Source of the DNA: Chloroflexota bacterium
Lineage (GTDB): Bacteria; Chloroflexota; Limnocylindria; Limnocylindrales; CSP1-4
Length of the DNA stretch: 47,170 nucleotides
Reading direction: 5' to 3'
Assembly: GCA_025351245.1 (NCBI GenBank)
Contig: JANXWH010000236.1
Location: forward strand, 1-47,170
Position numbers and translations under genes: made by a program. The notes under the pieces were generated by a model. That model was not told the origin of the DNA, made no database searches, and saw only the letters and a program-made list of their open reading frames with translations. Shown here piece after piece: positions 7,972-17,771 of the stretch; the stretch's first letter is position 1, and each line of letters opens with the position of its first letter.

Positions 7972-10044
7972 ATGCCGGACAGCGTTACTCAGATTCGGGC
8001 GGCCGGGCCGGTTGGCTCGAAGCGCAACCTCGTGGTCCTCGGGGATGGCTTCGGCAGCGCTGACCAGACGGCGTACAACAACTGGGTCCAGACAGCGCTG
8101 ATCGACGGCGTCTTCGGTCACGATTACTTCTACGAAGACGCGTCGGCGTGGAACATCTTCCGCGTCAACCTGGTCTCCACGGACTCCGGCGTGAACGTCC
8201 GCGTCTACGACGAACACGGAACCCCGGCCGACTCCAGCGACGACACCATCACCAGCACCACGACGCGCAACACGGCGCTCGACATGATCTTCAGCGGCTC
8301 GTGGTCGCACTGCTGGATGGAGTACGGCGCAAACACGGAGACCCGCATCCAGGCAGCGTTGAAGAAGTGGGTGCCGGACTATAACTTCGTCCTGATCGTC
8401 CTCAACTCCCCGGACTACGGCGGCTGTGGCGGAGGTGGTCGGGCCCACGTCACGCTCGGTGACGACTGGACGGTGATTGCCCACGAGTTCGGCCATGGCC
8501 TGGGCGGACTGGCCGACGAGTATTGCGTCGCGGGCAACTACACGGGCGGCGAGTCCGGTTCGGTGGATCTGACCATCAACACGGACCGAGCGACTCTCAA
8601 ATGGGGCAATTTCGTCAATCCCGGTACGCCGGTGCCCACCGGCAGCGGGACCTGTGCCGGCTTCAATCAGGGCACGAAACCCGCCACCTGGGACGACAAC
8701 CAGGACGTCGGCCTGTTCGAGGGCGGCGGCACGATGAACACCGGCATCTTCCGCCCGGTGATCAACTGCCGGATGCGCAGCAACAGTCCCGCCTACTGCC
8801 CGGTCTGCTACACGTCGTTCAAGCGCCAATACGACGGCTGGACGGGCCATGCCTTCATCAAGAGCTACGCCGGTGACTTCAACGGCGACGGCAAGAGCGA
8901 CGTGCTCGTTCACAGTGGTAACTCGATCCAGGTCTTTCGCTCGACCGGCACGCAGGCCGACCTGGTGTTCAGCGCCGTCGAGCGCGTGCCCGGATCGTGG
9001 CAGTTCCAGCCGAACGACAAGTTCTACATTGGCGACTTCAACGGCGACGGCAAAGACGAGGTCGCGGTCTTCAACGGCGTCGACTGGGTGATGCCGTACC
9101 TGGGTTTGCTCGCCGACGACGGCGCTGGCGGCCTTCGACTCATCGCTCGGTACGATGGTGACATTCCCGGCTGGGGCGGCCTCGCGAGGAACGACCAGTT
9201 CTACGTGGGCGACTTCACCGGCGATCATAAGCAGGATCTGTTCGTCTTCAACGGCGCCGACTGGTCGATGACCTACGTTGCCATGCTCCGCTCCACGGGC
9301 ACCGGCTTCGAGCTCGTGCACCGCTTCGATGGCGACATCCCCGGCTGGGGCGGTCTGGCCCGCAACGACCAGCTGTTCGTCGGCGACTTCAGCGGAGACG
9401 GAAAGGCCGACCTCTACATCTTCAACGGCGCCGATTGGGCCATGAGCTACGTGGGCATGTTCCGTTCGACGGCCACCAACCTGCAGATGACCTCGCGGTT
9501 CGACGGTGACATCCCAGGTTGGGGCGGCCTCGCCAGGAATGACCGCCTCTATGTCGGCGACTTCAACGGCGACCACAAGGCCGATCTCTACATCTTCAAT
9601 GGCGTCGACTGGAGCATGAGCTATCTCGGGATGTTCCGATCCACGGGAACCGGCCTCCAGATGGCCAACCGCTTTGACGGTGATGTGCCCGGATGGGGCG
9701 GGCTCGCCCGCAACGACCAGTTCCTCCCCGCCGATTTCAGCGGAGATGGCAAGACCGACCTCTTCGTCTACAACACCCAGGATTGGGCCACGGAATACCT
9801 CGGCCGCATGAGATCGACCGGGAGCGCCCTCACGGCCGACTTCGTCGGCGACTGGGTCGGGGAGTGGAACCTGAGCGGCGCAGACCGGTATGAGGTCTGC
9901 AACTTCGAGGGCCTGACGGGACAGCCGGACCTCTTCGTCCACAATCAGGACTGGTTTGGGATGATCCGTGGACGGAGATCACTCTCGCTCAACAAGATCT
10001 ACTCGCGCTGGATCCACAACTATCGCTATGGCCGTAACTGGTGA
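7972..10044 (+). CDS. M64 family (IgA peptidase-like) zinc metallopeptidase with C-terminal FG-GAP/VCBS-like repeats
   Basis: NLVVLGDGF, HEFGHGLGGLADEY zinc motif, GLFEGG...IFRP...CRMRS...YCPVC, then repeated GDFxGDxKxD motifs. ATG 7972 follows a G-rich RBS. Confidence 0.92.
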   Translation: MPDSVTQIRAAGPVGSKRNLVVLGDGFGSADQTAYNNWVQTALIDGVFGHDYFYEDASAWNIFRVNLVSTDSGVNVRVYDEHGTPADSSDDTITSTTTRNTALDMIFSGSWSHCWMEYGANTETRIQAALKKWVPDYNFVLIVLNSPDYGGCGGGGRAHVTLGDDWTVIAHEFGHGLGGLADEYCVAGNYTGGESGSVDLTINTDRATLKWGNFVNPGTPVPTGSGTCAGFNQGTKPATWDDNQDVGLFEGGGTMNTGIFRPVINCRMRSNSPAYCPVCYTSFKRQYDGWTGHAFIKSYAGDFNGDGKSDVLVHSGNSIQVFRSTGTQADLVFSAVERVPGSWQFQPNDKFYIGDFNGDGKDEVAVFNGVDWVMPYLGLLADDGAGGLRLIARYDGDIPGWGGLARNDQFYVGDFTGDHKQDLFVFNGADWSMTYVAMLRSTGTGFELVHRFDGDIPGWGGLARNDQLFVGDFSGDGKADLYIFNGADWAMSYVGMFRSTATNLQMTSRFDGDIPGWGGLARNDRLYVGDFNGDHKADLYIFNGVDWSMSYLGMFRSTGTGLQMANRFDGDVPGWGGLARNDQFLPADFSGDGKTDLFVYNTQDWATEYLGRMRSTGSALTADFVGDWVGEWNLSGADRYEVCNFEGLTGQPDLFVHNQDWFGMIRGRRSLSLNKIYSRWIHNYRYGRNW
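9031..9800 (+). repeat. In-frame 174-nt (58-aa) tandem repeats within the M64 gene
   Basis: GDF/ADF codons start at 9031, 9208, 9382, 9556 and 9730 (periods 177, 174, 174, 174). The DGD(I/V)PGWGGLARND segment is conserved. Confidence 0.9.
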
Positions 10045-10056
10045 GGCGGGTGACGT

Positions 10057-10890
10057 ATGGCTGACAAGGCACTGCCATCGAAGCCAGAGCGGGGCACGCC
10101 GCTTGCGCCGTCGAGGGCCATGGGGTCGGTCAAGGGAGAAGCAGCCGGTTCGCGGCCACGTGCGCGGGGGCGGCTGAAGCTCAAGGCAGCGGCCACCAGT
10201 GATGAGCGGGTCGAACTGCGGATAGGCAAGGGTCCCGTCAAGGCTGAGGGTCGTGAGCCCCGGCCTCGTTCGGCGAGTCATGGGAAAGCCAAGCCGACCG
10301 ATAGCGGGGCTGCCGCGTCGACCAAGCAGACGTCGGGCCGGCGCGGTGGGCAGGACGACATGCCAGACCAGGTTGCTGTCCGACGACGTCGGGACCCTGG
10401 AGAGGGGCCGGGCCGCTACGTGCGGTTCCGCGTCCGGGTCGAAGACGGTGAGATGTCCATCGTCGACAGCCAGGTCGTGGATAGCGCCCTGGTGATGCCG
10501 CCGACTCTGCACGGCGACTACGCCTACGAGGTCACCGACGGCACCAGGCTCCTGCACGCCGACAGTCTTCCGGATCTTGGCGTCGTTCGATCGTTCAGTG
10601 ACCCGAACGGGACGCGTGAACAGCTGCGGCACCATACGTACCGGGAGTCGACCTACGAATTCGACGTCCGCGTCCCGGCGGAGGAGCTGACGCGAGCGGC
10701 CCTGTCGAAGATTGCGGTTGTCCTGTACCGCGTCAAAGAGCACGCACCCACCCGCAATCTGACGACCGCCCTGCCCCTCGGCGTCCAGTTCGAGCGCGAG
10801 CTCCGAGAGGTGACGCGAGTCTCACGGATTCCGCCCGACGCGCTCCCCAGTTCGCTGCGAAGGACACCTCGGGCTCGGTCGACGACGTAG
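10057..10890 (+). CDS. Hypothetical protein co-transcribed with the M64 peptidase
   Basis: Starts 12 nt after the M64 stop. Basic, disordered N-terminus, then a globular-looking region (YVRFRVRVEDGEMSIVDS...). Alternative start at 10360. Confidence 0.75.
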   Translation: MADKALPSKPERGTPLAPSRAMGSVKGEAAGSRPRARGRLKLKAAATSDERVELRIGKGPVKAEGREPRPRSASHGKAKPTDSGAAASTKQTSGRRGGQDDMPDQVAVRRRRDPGEGPGRYVRFRVRVEDGEMSIVDSQVVDSALVMPPTLHGDYAYEVTDGTRLLHADSLPDLGVVRSFSDPNGTREQLRHHTYRESTYEFDVRVPAEELTRAALSKIAVVLYRVKEHAPTRNLTTALPLGVQFERELREVTRVSRIPPDALPSSLRRTPRARSTT

Positions 10891-11048
10891 GCCAGGCCAC
10901 GTCTCAGGCTCCCACGCTGATTTCGTCCGACCCGTTGCCCCGGCCCGAAGTGGTCCGGCGGACGGCCCGTGCGACTGGGTGACCGTGGCTGGCCGGGTCG
11001 CGACGAGCCACGGTCGACGTCTCTCCGGCTGGCAGCCGGGAGCCGGCG

Positions 11049-11804
11049 TCAGAGGCGCCTGAGGTTGATGCGCACCGGCGCGGCCGGGCCGATCGCGCGG
11101 TGCACGGTCGTCCAGTTGATGGGGCCGGTGAAGCAGTGGCCGAGCGCCACGCAGAGCCCGCCGGAAAGATCCCAGACCCGGCCCGCGACGTACGGCCCGC
11201 GGTCGATCACCGGCGCGATCACGGTCCGGCCGCGGTAGGTGAATGCCACGAGCGAGCCGCATGGGAGCGTTCTGTGGGCGACGCCGACGACGGTGCGAGT
11301 GAACAGGACCCCGCAGGCCGTCAGCCTGGCCCGCGCGGACCGCCCGCGCTGCGGGAGGCACGCCTTCACGCGGTTCGAGACGCAGTAGAAGCCCGGGCCG
11401 TAGAACGAGACGCGAGACGCCTGCCATGCGCCAAGGCCAACGAATGCCGGCAGCTGGTATGGCTGCCCCTTCAGCGTCGCTACAGCGACGGCGCCCGGCG
11501 GCGGCGTGGGGCTCGGGGTTGATATCGGCGAGAGGGCCACAGGCGGTTCGGGCGACGCCGGCGCGGATGGTTCGGGCGAAGGGCTCGGGCTCGCCGCTGG
11601 CGCGCCGGACGCGCTCGGCACAGGGGAGGCGCTCGGCGCGCCGGACGCGCTCGGCGCAGGGGATGCGGCCAGGTCGGACGCGGCGGCGACGGCCAGCGTC
11701 GGCACGCCGGCGCTCGCCAGGACAACGACGCCGAGGAGCGTGATGGCCAGCCCCTTGAGGCGGCCGACGCGTTTCGAGGTCGGGGGATGGAAATGTGCAG
11801 GCAT
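11049..11804 (-). CDS. Secreted RlpA-like (double-psi beta-barrel) protein
   Basis: Signal/TM segment, Pro/Ser/Ala linker, and SFYGPG...TACG...GVAHRTLPCG...VIDRGPYVAGRVWDLS motifs. RBS AAGGGAG. Confidence 0.85.
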   Translation of the reverse strand: MPAHFHPPTSKRVGRLKGLAITLLGVVVLASAGVPTLAVAAASDLAASPAPSASGAPSASPVPSASGAPAASPSPSPEPSAPASPEPPVALSPISTPSPTPPPGAVAVATLKGQPYQLPAFVGLGAWQASRVSFYGPGFYCVSNRVKACLPQRGRSARARLTACGVLFTRTVVGVAHRTLPCGSLVAFTYRGRTVIAPVIDRGPYVAGRVWDLSGGLCVALGHCFTGPINWTTVHRAIGPAAPVRINLRRL

Positions 11805-12215
11805 GGACAGCTCCCTTCGAGCAGATGCGGAACGCTGCCCGGGAGGCCGCGCCGGCAGAGCGACGCGGGGATTGGAACGCGGCGGGCACCGGGAGGGCCA
11901 GGGACGCCGCAAGCCCGATGAGAGCGGCGCCCGGCGACCGGGCAGCGAGCGATTCGGTTCGACTCCACGTGCCCCCGCGGCATTGCGGGGATGGGTCTGC
12001 GACGGGTCGGCGCTCGGCCGTTCGAGACGGCACCGGCCCGTGCAGGCGTCCCCGTGGGGCGGGGACGAGGATTGCAGGCTCACCACCACGGGACCCGGTC
12101 CGCCAGTCGGCGACCGGTCGGTTCGCCCGTCATGGGGCGTCGCGGCGCGAGACCTGGGGCGCACCCGCCTGATGTGCAGGCACGTCCGACGGCGGAGTCT
12201 AGCCGACCTTTCGGA

Positions 12216-12270
12216 ATGGCGCTCGTGGCGCGGCCGACGCTGATGGCGCTGATGGCGCTCGTGGCGCGGC
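12216..12270. repeat. 19-bp direct repeat with intervening 9-bp tandem units
   Basis: ATGGCGCTCGTGGCGCGGC at 12216 and 12252, with tandem GCTGATGGC units between them. Confidence 0.7.
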
Positions 12271-12396
12271 GCGGGCCCGACCCCGCCAGCACGAACGAGC
12301 CGCCGAACGGCACGGCCGCCGGACCTGGAGGCTGGCCGGCCCCTCATGACCCTCAGCGTGCGGCCCCGCGCTACCCTGTGCGCGGAGGTCGATGCA

Positions 12397-14781
12397 ATGA
12401 CAGACCAGGGACGGACCAAGGTCGAGCCAATCGGGCCGCTCGCGGAGGCGGAGCTGGAGCAGATCGACGCCTACTGGCGCGCCGCGAACTACCTCTCGGT
12501 CGGCCAGATCTACCTGCTGGACAACCCGCTGCTCCGCGAGCCGCTTGCCCCCCGGCACTGCAAGCCGCGCCTGCTGGGCCACTGGGGCACCACACCGGGC
12601 CTGAACTTCATCTACGCGCACATGAACCGTGTCATCCGGAACTGGGACCTCGATGCGATCTACGTCATCGGGCCCGGGCACGGCGGCCCGGCGATCGTGG
12701 CGAACGCGTACCTGGAGGGAACCTACAGCGAGGTCTACCCGAGCATCACCCGGGACGCGGACGGCCTGCGCCAGCTCTTCCGGCAGTTCTCGTTCCCGGG
12801 CGGGATCCCCAGCCATGTCGCGCCGGAGACCCCCGGCTCGATCCACGAAGGCGGCGAGCTGGGCTACGCGCTCTCCCATGCCTACGGTGCCGCGTTCGAC
12901 AACCCGGACCTCATCGTCTGCTGCGTCGTCGGCGACGGCGAGGCGGAGACCGGGCCCCTTGCCACCAGCTGGCACTCGAACAAGTTCCTCGACCCCGTCC
13001 GCGACGGCGTCGTCCTCCCGATCCTCCACCTCAACGGCTACAAGATCGCCAATCCCACGGTCCTCGCCCGGATCCCGGAGGACGAGTTGCGGGCCCTCAT
13101 GGAGGGCTACGGGCATCACCCGTACTTCGTCGAGGGGGACGATCCGGCCCTCATGCATCAGCAGATGGCGGCCGTGATGGACGCCGTGGTCGCCGAGATC
13201 CAGGAGATCCAGCGCGCGGCCCGCGGCGGCGATGCCACCGAGCGCCCGCGCTGGCCGATGATCGTGCTCCGAAGCCCGAAGGGCTGGACCGGCCCGAAGG
13301 AGGTCGACGGACTGCCCGCGGAGGGCTCCTGGCGCTCGCACCAGGTCCCGTTCGGGGAGGTCCGCACGAACCCCGAGCACCTCGCCCTCCTCGAGACCTG
13401 GCTCCGGAGCTACCGGCCGGAGGAGCTCTTCGATGCCGACGGCGCGCTCATCTCGGAGCTCGCCGAGCTGCCCCCCAGGAGCTACCGGCGGATGAGCGCC
13501 AACCCGCACGCGAACGGAGGGCTCCTGCTGCGCGACCTTGCGCTGCCCGACTTCCGCGACTACGCCGTGGACGTGCCCACGCCGGGCGCCACCACGGCCG
13601 AAGCGACGCGCGTGCTCGGCACGTTCCTCCGCGACGTCATCGATCGAAACCGCGAGACCTTCCGGATCTTCGGTCCAGACGAGACGTCGTCGAACCGGCT
13701 GGGCGCCGTGTTCGAGGTGACGGACCGCCAGTTCGACGCCCAGATCCTGCCGACGGACGAGCACCAGGCGCCGGAGGGCCGGGTGATGGAGGTCCTCTCA
13801 GAGCACCAGTGCGAGGGCTGGCTGGAGGGGTACCTCCTCACCGGCCGGCACGGCCTCTTCAACTGCTACGAAGCCTTCATCCACATCATCGACTCGATGT
13901 TCAACCAGCACGCCAAGTGGCTGAAGGTGACGAACGGCATCCCGTGGCGGCGACCGATCGCCTCGCTCAACTACGTCCTCAGCTCGCTCGTCTGGCGCCA
14001 GGACCACAACGGCTTCAGCCACCAGGACCCGGGCTTCATCGACCACGTGGTGAACAAGAAGTCCGAGGTCATCCGGGTGTACCTGCCGCCGGACGCGAAC
14101 ACGCTGCTGTCCGTGGCCGATCACTGCCTGCGCAGCCGCCAGTACGTCAACGTCATCGTGGCGGGCAAGCAACCCGCCCCGAACTGGCTCTCGATGGACC
14201 AGGCCGTGCTCCACTGCACCCGTGGCATCGGCATCTGGGACTGGGCCAGCAACGACCAGGGCGGCGAGCCCGACGTCGTCATGGCCTGCTGCGGCGACAC
14301 GCCGACGCTGGAGACGCTGGCCGCCGTCGACATGATCCGCCAGCACCTGCCGGACCTGAAAGTGCGGCTTGTCAATGTCGTCGACCTGATGCGCCTCCAG
14401 CCGGCGACGGAGCACCCCCACGGGATGTCGGAGACCGAGTTCGATTCGCTGTTCACCCGCGACAAGCCGGTCATCTTTGCCTATCACGGCTACCCGTGGC
14501 TGATCCACCGCCTCACCTACCGCCGGGCGAACCACGTCAACATCCACGTCCGCGGCTACAAGGAAGAGGGCACGACGACCACGCCGTTCGACATGGTCAT
14601 GCTCAACGACCTCGACCGGTTCCACCTCGTGATGGACGTGATCGACCGCGTGCCGGGCCTGGGGCCACGGGCCGCGCACGTCCGCCAGCTGATGGTCGAC
14701 CGGCGCCTGGTCGCGCGGGCGCACACGCGCCTGGAGGGCGAGGACGCGCCCGAGATCCGGGCCTGGTCCTGGCCGCACTGA
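12397..14781 (+). CDS. xfp: Phosphoketolase (xylulose-5-P/fructose-6-P)
   Basis: [25 protein letters not shown]...NGYKI TPP motif, LSEH and [20 protein letters not shown]. Confidence 0.97.
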   Translation: MTDQGRTKVEPIGPLAEAELEQIDAYWRAANYLSVGQIYLLDNPLLREPLAPRHCKPRLLGHWGTTPGLNFIYAHMNRVIRNWDLDAIYVIGPGHGGPAIVANAYLEGTYSEVYPSITRDADGLRQLFRQFSFPGGIPSHVAPETPGSIHEGGELGYALSHAYGAAFDNPDLIVCCVVGDGEAETGPLATSWHSNKFLDPVRDGVVLPILHLNGYKIANPTVLARIPEDELRALMEGYGHHPYFVEGDDPALMHQQMAAVMDAVVAEIQEIQRAARGGDATERPRWPMIVLRSPKGWTGPKEVDGLPAEGSWRSHQVPFGEVRTNPEHLALLETWLRSYRPEELFDADGALISELAELPPRSYRRMSANPHANGGLLLRDLALPDFRDYAVDVPTPGATTAEATRVLGTFLRDVIDRNRETFRIFGPDETSSNRLGAVFEVTDRQFDAQILPTDEHQAPEGRVMEVLSEHQCEGWLEGYLLTGRHGLFNCYEAFIHIIDSMFNQHAKWLKVTNGIPWRRPIASLNYVLSSLVWRQDHNGFSHQDPGFIDHVVNKKSEVIRVYLPPDANTLLSVADHCLRSRQYVNVIVAGKQPAPNWLSMDQAVLHCTRGIGIWDWASNDQGGEPDVVMACCGDTPTLETLAAVDMIRQHLPDLKVRLVNVVDLMRLQPATEHPHGMSETEFDSLFTRDKPVIFAYHGYPWLIHRLTYRRANHVNIHVRGYKEEGTTTTPFDMVMLNDLDRFHLVMDVIDRVPGLGPRAAHVRQLMVDRRLVARAHTRLEGEDAPEIRAWSWPH

Positions 14782-14794
14782 CCCCAACCATCCG

Positions 14795-15907
14795 ATGCGC
14801 ATCCTCGTTGTCAATGCCGGGTCCAGCAGCCTGAAGCTCCGGGTGCTCGACCCGGACGATCGGATCGTGGGGGCCCAGGACCTGCCCGCGCCCCGCGGGA
14901 AGGCCGACATCGTCGCGGTTGCGCGTGCCATCGAGGGGTTCGGGGCCGTTGACGCGGTCGGCCACCGGATCGTCCACGGCGGGACGCTCTACACGCAGCC
15001 GGTCCGCATCGACCGCGAGGTGGTGGAGCACCTCCGGGCGCTCACTGATCTCGCCCCGCTCCACCAGCCGAAGTCCCTCGCCGCCCTCGAGGTGGTCGAG
15101 GCGGCCCTCCCGGACGTGCCGGCAGTCGCCTGCTTCGACACGGCCTTCCATGCCGCCATGCCCGCGGCGGCGTCCACGTACGCGATCCCACCCGAGTGGC
15201 GGAAGCGTTGGGACCTTCGCAAGTACGGCTTCCACGGCCTGTCGCATGCGTATGCGTCGCGGCGCGCGGCGGAGCTCCTCGGACGTGCCCTCGATGGCGT
15301 TCGGCTCGTCAGCTGCCACCTGGGCGCGGGGGCGTCGCTGGCCGCCGTGCGCGACGGCCGCTCCGTGGACACGACGATGGGGTTCACGCCGCTCGACGGG
15401 CTGGTGATGGCGACCCGGTCCGGGAGCATCGATCCCGGCCTGGTCCTCTGGCTGGCCGAGCACGTGCGGATGCCGCCGGCCGAGCTCGCCGCAACGCTGG
15501 AGCACCGTTCGGGCCTGCTGGGCCTGGCGGGCACGGCCGACATGCGGGCGATTCTTGACGCGGCCGGCGCCGGCGAGCCGGACGCCGTGCTTGCGCTGGA
15601 CGTCTACCACCACCGGCTGCGGGGGGCGGTCGCCGCGATGGCGGCGGCGCTGAGTGGCCTCGACGTCCTCGTCTTCACCGGCGGAGTGGGGGAGAACGCG
15701 CCGGCCGTCCGCGAGCGCGTCGCGCGCGATCTCGCCTTCCTCGGCGTCGAGGTCGATCAGGCGCGCAACCGGGCGGGCGGCGACGATCGCGAGATCGGCT
15801 CGCCCGGCGCCGCGGTTCGCACGTTCGTCATCGCGGCCCGCGAGGATGTCCAGATCGCCCACGAGGTCCGGGACGTGCTCGCGGTCACTGGCTCGCCGGC
15901 GTCGTGA
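14795..15907 (+). CDS. ackA: Acetate/propionate kinase
   Basis: VVNAGSSSLK, GHRIVHGG, FDTAFH, YGFHG, HLGAGAS, DTTMGFTPLDG and FTGGVGEN. Confidence 0.96.
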   Translation: MRILVVNAGSSSLKLRVLDPDDRIVGAQDLPAPRGKADIVAVARAIEGFGAVDAVGHRIVHGGTLYTQPVRIDREVVEHLRALTDLAPLHQPKSLAALEVVEAALPDVPAVACFDTAFHAAMPAAASTYAIPPEWRKRWDLRKYGFHGLSHAYASRRAAELLGRALDGVRLVSCHLGAGASLAAVRDGRSVDTTMGFTPLDGLVMATRSGSIDPGLVLWLAEHVRMPPAELAATLEHRSGLLGLAGTADMRAILDAAGAGEPDAVLALDVYHHRLRGAVAAMAAALSGLDVLVFTGGVGENAPAVRERVARDLAFLGVEVDQARNRAGGDDREIGSPGAAVRTFVIAAREDVQIAHEVRDVLAVTGSPAS

Positions 15908-16754
15908 AGACCACCTCCGCGAACTGGCGGATGGCCGCATTGAAGGCCTCCGGCTGCTCGCTGTTGACCAGGTGCCCGGCGCCCTCGATGACGCGCAGCC
16001 GCCCCTCGCGGCAGGCAGCCAGGAACGTGCGCTCGCTGCGCCGGAAGAGCGGGTCGTCGGCGCCGTTCACCAGCAATACCGGGCCCGGGTACGCCGCCAG
16101 CCGGGGCAGGAACGAGGTTCGGAGCGCCGTCACCACCGCTCGGTAGCCGCCCTTGAAGAGCCAGCCGTTGGTCGCGCGGGGCGCCGGCCCGGAGGTGGGC
16201 CCGCCGGCGTGCACCGGAGCGCCGCGCCCCAGGTATCGCTCGCCGACTCGGTCGGCAAGGTAGACGCCCACGGTCCGCGGGGCGCGCCGCGCGACGGTTC
16301 GCGGCTCCGCGCTGGAGTTGCAGAGGACCAGCCCCGCCACGTGCCCGGGGTGGGCGGCGGCGAGCTCCATGGCGACGTATCCGCCCAGCGATTGCCCGAC
16401 CACGATCGCGCGACCGCCGTTTCGGTCGATGACGGACCGCGTGATGGCGACCGCGCGCGGCATCCGGAAGGGCATGTCGGCGAAGACGCCGTGGCCGGGC
16501 AGGTCCACGGTCACGACGCGGTACCGGTCGGTCAGGGCGGCCACCTGCGGATCCCACATCGCGCGCGTGACGCGCGTGCCGTGAAGGAAGACGAGCGTCG
16601 GTGCGTCCTCGGGGCCGGCCACGTCGAAGGCTGCCGAGACGTCGAGACGGTCGGCCGGCTCGGCAGCGGCGGCAGGCTCGGCCACGGCGACCGTCTCGGC
16701 CGCGGTGGCCGCAGCGGAAGGCAGCCCGTCACCGCCGGACGCGGTCGTCTCCAT
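15885..16754 (-). CDS. Alpha/beta fold hydrolase
   Basis: FLHG, DLPGHG, GQSLGG nucleophile elbow and GAGH catalytic His. Confidence 0.92.
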   Translation of the reverse strand: METTASGGDGLPSAAATAAETVAVAEPAAAAEPADRLDVSAAFDVAGPEDAPTLVFLHGTRVTRAMWDPQVAALTDRYRVVTVDLPGHGVFADMPFRMPRAVAITRSVIDRNGGRAIVVGQSLGGYVAMELAAAHPGHVAGLVLCNSSAEPRTVARRAPRTVGVYLADRVGERYLGRGAPVHAGGPTSGPAPRATNGWLFKGGYRAVVTALRTSFLPRLAAYPGPVLLVNGADDPLFRRSERTFLAACREGRLRVIEGAGHLVNSEQPEAFNAAIRQFAEVVFTTPASQ

Positions 16755-16808
16755 CGCTCCCTCTCCCTCGTCGATGCCGATCCCGGTCGGCGCCACGTGC
16801 CCGCCAGT

Positions 16809-17112
16809 CTACCGAGCCGTGTCTCCCCCGTTCGGGCGCGGGTTCTCCGGGGCCCGCAGCTCGATCGAAGGGCGCTGCTCGGCGGCCGGTTCGGCGTCGA
16901 AGAAGGCACGCGGCATCCAGCCAAGGAGCCGCGCCAGGACCACCGCCGGGACCTGCGCGATGGTCGCGTTGTACCGGTAGACCTGGTCGTTGTAGAGCTC
17001 GCGCCGGTCGGCGATCTGCTGCTCGAGCCGCTCGATCTCACCCTGGAGGCGCATGGCGTTCTCCTGCGAGCGTACCTGCCGCCACGATGACGACGGCCGG
17101 GGCGTTCGTCAC
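16809..17112 (-). pseudogene. lemA: lemA remnant with internal deletion and frameshift
   Basis: A GTG overlapping the pspC stop gives VTNAPAVVIVAA. An out-of-frame jump then leads to VRSQENAMRLQGEIERLEQQIADRRELYNDQVYRYN (LemA C-terminal half). Span is 304 nt, not a multiple of 3. Confidence 0.8.
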
Positions 17113-17771
17113 CCGGAGCGGGGTCGGACTGCGGCGATGAGAACGACGACGCCGAACGAGATGACGGCGACCGGCCAGACGACCGCCCAATCGATGTCGA
17201 AGGTGTTGCGCAGGAGAAAGAACGCCCCCAGGGCCACGAGGAAGAGGCCAGCGATGATCGCGGGGATCGGGTCGCTGCGCCGATCCGCTCGACGCGCCGC
17301 CCGCTCGGCATGCCGGGCCGCGCGGTCCGCGCTGCGCTGGTCGCGCCAGCTCCCGGCATCCCAGCCTCCGGGCACCCCGGGAGGGATCCAGCCGGGGACG
17401 GCGCCGGGGGCGGTTGGCATCGTCGGGGTGGGTGCCGCGGCCGTCGGTGCGGCGGCATCGCCGGGCATCCCCGCGGCCGGGGCCGCGGCGTCCGCGGGCG
17501 TGCTGGCGTTCGCGGGCGTGCCGGCAACCGTCCAGCCCGGGCCCGTGGGTTGCGGGCCAACGGGCCGCACGCCCGTCCAGCTCGGCCCTTCCGGGATCAC
17601 GACGACCATGACGACGTAGAGGACCAGCAGCGGGAAGATGCCGCTCAGCAGCGCGAGGATCGCGTACCCGATCCGGACAAGTGCCGGGTCCAGGTCGAGT
17701 CGATCAGCCAGGCCCGCGCAGACGCCGGCGAGAACCCGGTCGTCGGCCGAGCGGTACAGACGGTCGTTCAC
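17109..17771 (-). CDS. PspC domain membrane protein with C-terminal LiaF/DUF5668-like TM hairpin
   Basis: RLYRSADDRVLAGVCAGLADRLDLDPALVRI PspC motif. GTG overlaps the upstream stop; an alternative ATG is at 17777. Confidence 0.9.
   Translation of the reverse strand: MNDRLYRSADDRVLAGVCAGLADRLDLDPALVRIGYAILALLSGIFPLLVLYVVMVVVIPEGPSWTGVRPVGPQPTGPGWTVAGTPANASTPADAAAPAAGMPGDAAAPTAAAPTPTMPTAPGAVPGWIPPGVPGGWDAGSWRDQRSADRAARHAERAARRADRRSDPIPAIIAGLFLVALGAFFLLRNTFDIDWAVVWPVAVISFGVVVLIAAVRPRSG

Noticed and set aside
9031-9800. Regular DNA repeats as a CRISPR array
   Set aside because: They are in-frame 174-nt coding repeats with synonymous variation, with no unique spacers and no cas genes.
11956-11966. 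GGTTCGACTCC tRNA T-loop-like motif
   Set aside because: The T-stem pairs only 2 bp and no cloverleaf can be built.
11810-12000. c-di-AMP or SAM-I riboswitch upstream of the RlpA-like gene
   Set aside because: Conserved core sequences were not found on the coding strand. Only fragmentary SAM-like words occur, on the wrong strand.
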